From: an uncultured Verrucomicrobiota bacterium
GTDB taxonomy: Bacteria > Verrucomicrobiota > Kiritimatiellia > CAIQIC01 > Lenti-01
DNA length: 64,000 nucleotides
Direction: 5' to 3'
Assembly (NCBI GenBank): GCA_964510645.1
Contig: CAZECJ010000001.1
Location: 6,628-70,627 of the forward strand
Shown here: positions 57,482-64,000 of the stretch, piece after piece
Layout: each line of letters starts with the position of its first letter
How positions within the stretch are numbered: the stretch's first letter is position 1
The notes under the pieces: model-generated
The model's input: only the letters and a program-made list of their open reading frames with translations
Database searches by the model: none
What the model was told of the DNA's origin: nothing
Position numbers and translations under genes: made by a program

Positions 57482-57617
57482 TTTTTCCACGGCACGTAAA
57501 AACATGGCCGGATTTTTACGTAGCACGTAAAAACTTTGCGCGGAAATTACGTAGCACGTAAAAACTTCGGGGGATTTTTACGTAGCGTGGAAAACTTTTT
57601 TCCACGCTACGTAAAAC
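57482..57617. repeat. REP-like locus D: five palindromic units, including a second copy of the 43-nt palindrome
   Basis: TTTTTCCACGGCACGTAAAAA (57482..57502), TTTTTACGTAGCACGTAAAAA (57513..57533), AATTACGTAGCACGTAAAAA (57545..57564), then TTTTTACGTAGCGTGGAAAA-CTT-TTTTCCACGCTACGTAAAA (57575..57616). It lies between convergent genes. Confidence 0.9.
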
Positions 57618-57671
57618 CACCTGCGCCAGGGCTTCGGAGGGCAAGCGAGTTCCCGCGCCGGGGCCGGAAGA

Positions 57672-58703
57672 TCAGCCGGCGGCTTTGGAATCGTTCCACT
57701 CGTCGTCGGCGTCGTCGCCGCTCTTGACCTCGACGCGCTGCCCGCGGTTGAGGAGCCAGCGGAGGGCGCCGAAGGCCAGGCCCGGGATCACCAGCCCGAC
57801 CATCATGAGGTGGACGAAGCTGAAGTGGTAGGTCATGTTCGGCTGGCCGCGGTAGAGGTTCCAGAAGATCAGCAGGCAGCTGGTCCACACGGTCAGGAAG
57901 TTGGGCAGGCCGTCGCCGGAGTGCATCCAGTGCAGGCCGGGGGTGCGCAGCTTGGTGAGCGGGTAGAAGATGTTGGAGCCCATGTGGCCGAGCTGGTCTT
58001 CGACGACGTGCACGCCGTAGCAGGCGGCGATGGTGACGAAGCTCTGCCAGGCGGGCGTCCAGCCGGCCGCCAGCCAGACGCCGGCGCCGACCAGCGCGCC
58101 GAGCATGGCGCCGACGGTCAGCGAGTGCGACCACTCGCGGTGCCACGGCAGGAACTCGAGGTCGAGATCGCCGTTGTCCATGGGCTTGAGGCCGATGGTG
58201 GGGCCGTCGAAGATGTCCACCTTCATGCCGGCGTCGTAGGTCTGGATCACCTTGGCCTTGAGCTTGGCGCGGGCGATGGTGGGATAGCGCTTTTCGGTGC
58301 CTTCGACCGGCACCTGGCCGGTGTTGACCACGGGGCCGAACTTGACGAGGACTTCCATCTTTTCGTTGTCGATCTTGACGGAATACTGCTGCCAGAAGTC
58401 GGCGCCGAGGCGGATGGAGACGAGCTTGACGCGGACGTAGCGCTTCTCGTCCACGGCCAGGGCGACGGCGCGGGCGTATTCGTCGGCGACGTACTGCGGG
58501 TCGGGCTTGAGAGGGTCGGGGGTGATATAGACGTCGTGCTCGTAGAAGAAGCGGTAGAACTTGAAGTCGAGAGTGTCGGGCAGGATGCCGCAGGCGCCGC
58601 CGAGGACGAAGAAGAGCGGGTTGCCGTTGAGCGCCGCGTCGATGGCCCAAGGGCCGAAGGACGCCACCGCCACGCCGGACATGAAATGGGAAAAACCTTT
58701 CAT
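57672..58703 (-). CDS. YdjM/DUF457-like membrane-bound metal-dependent hydrolase with a ~170-aa soluble insertion
   Basis: MKGFSHFMSG..., GILPDTLD, WHREWSHSL and HVVEDQLGHMGSNIFYP resemble the conserved His/Asp motifs of the YdjM family. A non-hydrophobic insert lies between the second and third motifs. Confidence 0.65.
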   Translation of the reverse strand: MKGFSHFMSGVAVASFGPWAIDAALNGNPLFFVLGGACGILPDTLDFKFYRFFYEHDVYITPDPLKPDPQYVADEYARAVALAVDEKRYVRVKLVSIRLGADFWQQYSVKIDNEKMEVLVKFGPVVNTGQVPVEGTEKRYPTIARAKLKAKVIQTYDAGMKVDIFDGPTIGLKPMDNGDLDLEFLPWHREWSHSLTVGAMLGALVGAGVWLAAGWTPAWQSFVTIAACYGVHVVEDQLGHMGSNIFYPLTKLRTPGLHWMHSGDGLPNFLTVWTSCLLIFWNLYRGQPNMTYHFSFVHLMMVGLVIPGLAFGALRWLLNRGQRVEVKSGDDADDEWNDSKAAG

Positions 58704-58722
58704 TTGCTTGCTCCTTTCGGGG

Positions 58723-60057
58723 TCAGGTGAGGCCGAGCCAGCCGGTGATGGTTTCGCCGAAACCGGACATGTTGCAGGCGATGGGCAGCAGCAGGATGCC
58801 CAGGCAGTTGAGGCGCCGCGAGCCGAACAGCACGGGCAGCAGGCCGATGCCCGTCGCCACGGTCGCGATGAACATGCCCACCCAGCCGGTGACGGCGTAG
58901 ACCATGACGAGGATGATGGCCAGGGCGAAGGTCGAGACGTGGCGGTAGTTGAAGCGGTCGATGAACTTGAGCGTGAGCTTCGTCAGCGGCTCCATCATCA
59001 GGTAGGACAGGCCGGCGGCGATGGCGATGCTGCCGAGGACGAGATAGTAGTCGGCCGCGCCCGCGGGGGTGTAGAGGGCCTTGACCATCCAGGCGCCGCC
59101 GCCGCGGGTCAGGTTCAGCCCCGGCACGAACATCAGCATGAAGGCGCCGACGTAGTAGATGAACTTCGAGACGCCCTGGCCCATGATGAAAATGCGTTCG
59201 TCGCGCTGGGCGCACGCATGGCCGGCCAGCATGCCGCCCACGCCGCCGGTGACGACCGGGAAGTAGGCCGCGATGCCGCCGCCGAGGCCGCCCGACCAGA
59301 CGGAACGCAGGATCACGTCGCCGCTGATCGCCAGGCTCTTCGCGGTGCGCTGCCGGGGCACGTCGGCCGCCGAAATCATGTTGAGCAGGCACCACGGGAT
59401 CGCGAACAGGCCCACGAACGCGGGCATGATGTTCTGGAAGGCGACCTCGTGGTTCACCGGCGAGCGGGTGAGGAGGATGAAGCCCAGCAGGCCCGCGAGC
59501 ACGAAGGTGGCCAGGCCGGCGAGGAGGGTTTTCCACGCGTCGTAGAACTTGGCCCAGCCGGCGGGGCCGCGGTTGCCGCCCTTGGGCCATTCGGACATCA
59601 GCATGAACGTGATGATGACCCACAGCACCCAGTGCATGTGGCCCTTGAGCACGGCCTGCGAGACGGGCAGGTAGCGCGGGGCGAGGGGCGCCATGACGCA
59701 CACGAGGAAGAAGGCGCCGGCCAGGCCGCCGACGGCCGTGATCATCGTGCCTTCGAAACCGCGGCCGGCCATCAGGTACTTCTGGCCGGGCAGCACCGTG
59801 AACATGGCCGATTCGTCCGGCGTGCCCAGCAGCACCGCGGGAATGGTGTTGAGCATGGACCAGCCGACGATCATGGCGGTGAAGGCCGGCAGGTAGACGT
59901 CCGGGGAAATGGCGTGGGCCGAACCCTCGAGCGCGAGGATGCCGAGGACCATCGCGCCCATCACGTTGTAGATGTGCAGGCCAGGCAGGCAGGCCAGAAC
60001 GCTGGAAACCACCGTGCCGGCGGTCGCCGATAGCAATACGATCCAGAATGGGGACAT
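58723..60057 (-). CDS. polytopic membrane protein, TctA/DUF112-like
   Basis: 444 aa, about 10-12 TM. LACLPGLH and LLGTPDESAMFTVLPGQKYL resemble the two-fold repeated TctA-family motifs. The assignment is tentative. Confidence 0.6.
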   Translation of the reverse strand: MSPFWIVLLSATAGTVVSSVLACLPGLHIYNVMGAMVLGILALEGSAHAISPDVYLPAFTAMIVGWSMLNTIPAVLLGTPDESAMFTVLPGQKYLMAGRGFEGTMITAVGGLAGAFFLVCVMAPLAPRYLPVSQAVLKGHMHWVLWVIITFMLMSEWPKGGNRGPAGWAKFYDAWKTLLAGLATFVLAGLLGFILLTRSPVNHEVAFQNIMPAFVGLFAIPWCLLNMISAADVPRQRTAKSLAISGDVILRSVWSGGLGGGIAAYFPVVTGGVGGMLAGHACAQRDERIFIMGQGVSKFIYYVGAFMLMFVPGLNLTRGGGAWMVKALYTPAGAADYYLVLGSIAIAAGLSYLMMEPLTKLTLKFIDRFNYRHVSTFALAIILVMVYAVTGWVGMFIATVATGIGLLPVLFGSRRLNCLGILLLPIACNMSGFGETITGWLGLT

Positions 60058-60077
60058 GGGGTCGCCTCCCTGCGGGG

Positions 60078-61631
60078 TTACGGAATCACCAGGACGGAAT
60101 AGCCGGCGGCCGCCTTGATCTGCAGTTTGCCTTCGTATTCGCCGACTTCGCCGGTCGCGGCGACCTGCGCGCCCTCGCCGAGGGCGTTGAGCACGTCGAC
60201 GGGAATGATGGATTCCCAGAGGACCAGATCGATCGTGCCCGTGGTGTCGGTCAGCGCATAGGCCACGCCGCCGCGCAGGGCGCGCGGCGCGCCGAGCGTA
60301 CCCTTGACCACGCGGACCTGGCCCTTTTCGGCGGCCGTGATGGAGGAAACCGGAACGGCTTGCGCGGCGTCCACGGCCGGGGCGGAGGCGGGCACGTCGT
60401 CCACCAGCTTGACCTTGTAGCCGCTTTGCACCTTGAGCTGGGGCCGGTCTTGGTACGTCTCGACCACGCCTTCCATCTCGAACAGCGCGCCGGGGGTGGG
60501 CTTGACGGCGATCACGTCGTTCACGTTGGACCAGTAGGTCGCGCGCAGCGAAGCGTCGCCGTCCTTGAGCACCACCGCGTACGGCTGCTTGGTGCCTTCC
60601 TTGGGGGCGCTGACGGAGGCGACGCGTCCGCGGACGCGGATGGTCTGGCCGGCTTGCGCGGCGGTCACTTCGCCGACGGACAGGCTGTTGGCCTGCACGG
60701 AACGGCCGCGGGAGAAATCGCGCGGGGCGGGGGCCGGGGCTTCTTTTTCATAGGCCGCGGCGGCTTTCTGGGCCGGGGTGGAATCATCGGCGGCGGGGGG
60801 CGGGCCCTCGAGGATTTCGAGGTCCTGGCCGGCGGCGAGCTTGAGCTGGAGCTTGTCTTGGTAGGCCGCCACGGAAACGCGGGCGCGGACGTAGGCGCCG
60901 TTCAGCACGTCCTTGCCTTGGATCTGGTCGTATTCCGCCTGCCAGAAGTTGAGGGTCTGCTCGCCGGAGTCGTCCTTGAGCTTGAGGGCGTAGGGGCGCT
61001 TGGAATCCGCCGGCGGCGGAAACAGGTCCAGCACCTTCCCGGCCACCGTGACCGACGTGCCTTTCATGGCCGTCGTGATGTCCGCCAGCCGCACCGCGAC
61101 CGCCGGGGCGCGGGTCAAGCGGAACTCGTCCACGCTGAGCAGCCGCATCGAGGATTTGTCGTCGGCGATGTTCAGCCCGCCGGCGAAGTTGACCTGGTCG
61201 CCGGCCTTGGGCACGAGGTTTTTCTCGACCATTTCCTGGGCCTGCTTCTGGCTGATGAAGACCATGATCGTGCCGGTGCCGTCGGAGAAGTTGAAGCCCA
61301 TGCCGCCGCCGGTCCGGAACGTGCGCGCATCGCTGTCGACCACGCCCTCCACGCGGATCTGCGCGAAGTTCATCGTCGGCTTGACTTCGCCCAGCTTGAC
61401 GAGCGGGATTTCGCGGTGCTTGGCCATCAGGAAGAGGAGGAAAAGACCGACGGTCGACAGCAAGACGGCCGCCCAGCGGATGGCCACCAGGCTCATGCGC
61501 TTCTCCACCTTCGACCCGCAATAGGGGCATTTGGTCACGGCACCGACGAAGCGGCCGCATTTCGGGCAATTCATTTCCTCCGATTGGGTTTCGTGTCCGG
61601 GTAGCGCTTGCTGGTTGTCCGTCATGCTCAT
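60078..61631 (-). CDS. zinc-ribbon / single-TM / four tandem OB-fold-like domains protein
   Basis: The zinc ribbon is CPKCGRFVGAVTKCPYCG and the TM is LVAIRWAAVLLSTVGLFLLFLMA. Four ~100-aa repeats follow the pattern V.V.G.V...(Y/F)(A/N)..L.D..G......W.........G..V...G.V..Y....QLK. The ATG at 61625 has better SD spacing than 61631. Confidence 0.7.
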   Translation of the reverse strand: MSMTDNQQALPGHETQSEEMNCPKCGRFVGAVTKCPYCGSKVEKRMSLVAIRWAAVLLSTVGLFLLFLMAKHREIPLVKLGEVKPTMNFAQIRVEGVVDSDARTFRTGGGMGFNFSDGTGTIMVFISQKQAQEMVEKNLVPKAGDQVNFAGGLNIADDKSSMRLLSVDEFRLTRAPAVAVRLADITTAMKGTSVTVAGKVLDLFPPPADSKRPYALKLKDDSGEQTLNFWQAEYDQIQGKDVLNGAYVRARVSVAAYQDKLQLKLAAGQDLEILEGPPPAADDSTPAQKAAAAYEKEAPAPAPRDFSRGRSVQANSLSVGEVTAAQAGQTIRVRGRVASVSAPKEGTKQPYAVVLKDGDASLRATYWSNVNDVIAVKPTPGALFEMEGVVETYQDRPQLKVQSGYKVKLVDDVPASAPAVDAAQAVPVSSITAAEKGQVRVVKGTLGAPRALRGGVAYALTDTTGTIDLVLWESIIPVDVLNALGEGAQVAATGEVGEYEGKLQIKAAAGYSVLVIP

Positions 61632-62000
61632 TTCTCCTCAAGGACCCCGCCGCAGGGGATTCCGTGGATGTGCGGCAGGGGCGAATATAGCCTGAAGCCC
61701 GATCGGCACAAAGAACAAAACGGGAAAACCGCCGATTTCAAGTGGAGCGTTTTTTCGCCACTGCCCCGCGAGTTCAATCGGCCGCCGTCGTTGCGCGCAG
61801 CGCAACTCGAAACAAAAGAGATGTTCCCCCAGGGGGCGGTTTGCTACGATGCAAGATCAGTGAGCGAATCCGGAGAACCTAGTGCTTATGAGCCCAATTT
61901 GTCTGCCGAAGAACTGACCGGCACCCAAGAGCCGGGAAATATGCGGCGGCATCCTGTGCGGTGCTTTCCCGTTCCTGAAGGCGGAGAGGTCTCGGATGTC

Positions 62001-63497
62001 ATGGAAACAGAGCGGATTTTGCCGGATAACAAGGAGAGACGGTTGAAAATCGGATTTTTCATCATTGCCTACAATGCGGAAGCGCATATTGAACGCACCT
62101 TGGCTCGCATCCCTCCAGATGTTTGGGAGGAAGTAAGCCAGGTCTATATCGTGGATGACTGCAGCACGGACGAGACGGTCGCGCGTGCCCTGGCCATGAC
62201 AAGCCAGTACCCCAAGCTGAATGTCATTCGAAACCGGGTGAACCGCCGTTATGGCGGCAATCAAAAAACCGGATACCAATTCGCGATCGATCGGGATCTG
62301 GATGTCGTGGTGCTCTTGCACGCCGATGGCCAGTATGCGCCAGAGGTGATCCGGTCATTATACGCCCCCATTTTGGAGAACCAGGCCGACGTGGTCCTGG
62401 GTTCGCGCATGCTCCATCGCCAGGAAGCTATAAAAGGGGGGATGCCGCGATACAAGTATCTAGGCAACATCGTGCTGACGCATATTCAAAATGCCCTGAC
62501 GGGTCTCCGCTTGTCCGAGTTCCACACGGGCTATCGGGCTTACCGGGTCAGCTATTTGCGGGCGATTCCGTTCTGGGAGAATTCCGACGAGTGGCATTTC
62601 GACACGGAAATCCTCTTGCAGGCGTATGCCGCCCATGTCCGCGTGGTGGAGGTGCCGATCCCAACCTATTACGGGGAGGAAATTTGCCATGTGAACGGCT
62701 TGCTTTATGCCGCGAACTGCATTTTCACGTCCTTGGCGTTTTCCTTATATCGCCGCGGGTTGTTCTATGTCCGGAAGTTCGACGTGAACTTGGCGGGGCG
62801 GAAATATTTCAGCAAGTTGTCGGACCGCTATTCGAGCCATGCCATCATCAGTCGCGAACTGGACCAACGGGGATTGGCGGGAAAGAAAATATTGGAACTG
62901 GGCGTGGGCGACGCCACGCTCACGGAAAAAATGAGCCAAGCCGGAGGACTGGTGACCTGCGTCGAATGGGATGCCCTGTTTGCGGAGTTGGCTCGGCCCT
63001 TTGCGCAGGAGGTCATTATCGCCAATGCGGAAGAGCAGAATTTTCAGATGGAAAAAGGGAACGAGTACGACCTGATCGTCGCCGCCGACATCTTGGAACA
63101 TCTGGTCAAGCCCGAGATCGTGTTGTCCAAGCTCAAAGCCGCGCTTCGAAAGGGCGGGTTGTTGGTTGTGTCGTTGCCGAACGTCGCCAATCTATACGTG
63201 CGGCTGAATCTGCTTCTCGGTCGATTTCCCTATCACTCCAAAGGGCTGCTGGATCAAACCCATCTGCGCTTCTACACGCTCAAATCCATGCGAAAACTCA
63301 TGGAAAAGACCGGCTGGATCGTCGAGACGTCGACGGTGACCTCCATTCCCTTGGCCATCGTATTTCCCTTCCTCCAAAAAAGATCGTTTCGGTGGATGCT
63401 GAGCCTTTTGCATGGCCTTACGAGAGCGTTCCCGGGCCCCTTGGCCTATCAGGGAATCCTTTTGTGCAGAAATCCCAACGAGAGCGCGCTCCTATGA
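62001..63497 (+). CDS. bifunctional family-2 glycosyltransferase / class I SAM-dependent methyltransferase fusion
   Basis: The start is METERIL. The GT2 part has IGFFIIAYNAEAHIERTL, YIVDDCSTDET and LLHADGQYAPE. The methyltransferase part has ILELGVGDATLT (motif I) and DLIVAADILEHL. GC is visibly lower (about 43-53% on counted lines). Confidence 0.85.
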   Translation: METERILPDNKERRLKIGFFIIAYNAEAHIERTLARIPPDVWEEVSQVYIVDDCSTDETVARALAMTSQYPKLNVIRNRVNRRYGGNQKTGYQFAIDRDLDVVVLLHADGQYAPEVIRSLYAPILENQADVVLGSRMLHRQEAIKGGMPRYKYLGNIVLTHIQNALTGLRLSEFHTGYRAYRVSYLRAIPFWENSDEWHFDTEILLQAYAAHVRVVEVPIPTYYGEEICHVNGLLYAANCIFTSLAFSLYRRGLFYVRKFDVNLAGRKYFSKLSDRYSSHAIISRELDQRGLAGKKILELGVGDATLTEKMSQAGGLVTCVEWDALFAELARPFAQEVIIANAEEQNFQMEKGNEYDLIVAADILEHLVKPEIVLSKLKAALRKGGLLVVSLPNVANLYVRLNLLLGRFPYHSKGLLDQTHLRFYTLKSMRKLMEKTGWIVETSTVTSIPLAIVFPFLQKRSFRWMLSLLHGLTRAFPGPLAYQGILLCRNPNESALL

Positions 63498-63533
63498 GAT
63501 GGCGGCGTCGCTGCCGCGCCGGGGAAGGAGGCC

Positions 63534-64000
63534 TCAAACGGGGTGGATGGCGTCCGGCCCCGGAGTTGCAGCGGCTCGGGACCGGCGCAAGGCCGCTTTG
63601 CCTGAACAAGCCAGATACAGCATGGCGACCAGGACCGTTGACTCCGTCGGCAGGGCATAGCGCGAACTGTTGCTGAAGCCCAGCAACGACGACATGGCCA
63701 TGCCGCCGATCAGGATGACCGTCAGCAGGGCCATCAAGAGGGTGTCCGCCCAGACCGTCCGCCACCGGGGCAGGCGGGCTAGGCCGGCAAGGAAGAACGC
63801 CAGATGCACGCCAAGCCATACCAGTTTGTTGGGGAGCCACGCTCCCTGGAATGCGGTCAGCGCCCGGGCATCGGCAAAGCACTCCGGATACATGATTAGC
63901 GACACGCGCCAAAAATTGAAACAGGCCAGCAGAACGCTGGCGGCGTAGGGGCCGGGTGCCTGCTGGATCAAATGATGGTTGATCCGATCGATCAATTGGT
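63534..64000 (-). CDS. polytopic membrane protein, C-terminal part (5' end lies outside the window)
   Basis: The ORF is open to the window edge (the track start is an internal TTG). Several hydrophobic helices are present (LVWLGVHLAFFLAGLA, LLMALLTVILIGGMAMSSLL). I recognise no family. Confidence 0.45.
   Translation of the reverse strand, partial: QLIDRINHHLIQQAPGPYAASVLLACFNFWRVSLIMYPECFADARALTAFQGAWLPNKLVWLGVHLAFFLAGLARLPRWRTVWADTLLMALLTVILIGGMAMSSLLGFSNSSRYALPTESTVLVAMLYLACSGKAALRRSRAAATPGPDAIHPV

Noticed and set aside
57482-57617. Read the tandem repeat arrays as a CRISPR array.
   Set aside because: The units are ~20-bp palindromes separated by only 2-10 nt, not 25-40-nt spacers. The repeats are of mixed type, and there are no cas genes in the window.

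Overview
All calls below come from reading the sequence and the ORF track by eye. No searches or computations were run.

This is a high-GC bacterial chromosomal segment. Hand counts on sample lines give about 65-73% GC, with a few patches near 45-57%. I call about 45 protein-coding genes. I recognised no rRNA, tRNA, CRISPR array, transposase or integrase. The gene content, especially a giant exoprotein built from LamG and thrombospondin-type-3-like modules, suggests a PVC-superphylum-like organism. That taxonomic guess is inference only.

Housekeeping blocks:
- clpP (partial) and clpX
- rpsL-rpsG, closed by its own terminator
- hisC
- HIT-phoH-pgpH-ybeY-recO

Envelope and secretion loci lie between them:
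- an epimerase / AsnB-like / acetyltransferase / flippase-like cluster
- a soluble histidine kinase with 9 PAS domains plus a NarL-type regulator
- a YfhO-like gene paired with a GT2 gene
- a GH13 enzyme fused to a P-domain

Main findings, in order of interest:
1. A 13.6-kb ORF (23454..37052, about 4,500 aa) encodes a modular secreted protein. It has many calcium-binding D-x-D-x-D-G loops, six LamG-like modules and a complete subtilase with its own I9-like prodomain in the middle. A small secreted coiled-coil gene sits upstream and its stop overlaps the candidate ATG at 23454. A lipoprotein gene sits downstream, followed by a clean terminator.
2. A tightly packed four-gene cluster (52421..57102) encodes a MotA/ExbB-family protein with a long helical tail, a secreted beta-propeller protein and two paralogous ExbD-like proteins. 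Only one of the two ExbD-like proteins keeps the transmembrane Asp.
3. A family of short palindromic REP-like repeats (TTTTCCAC-N3/4-GTGGAAAA and TTTTACGT-N3-ACGTAAAA units) occurs at four loci. One copy is a 94-bp in-frame insertion inside the YfhO-like gene.
4. A three-gene membrane operon (57672..61631) includes a zinc-ribbon / TM / 4x OB-fold protein.
5. A tandem pair of unknown paralogous genes lies at 8597..9392.

Many long antisense ORFs in the track are high-GC shadow ORFs and were rejected.
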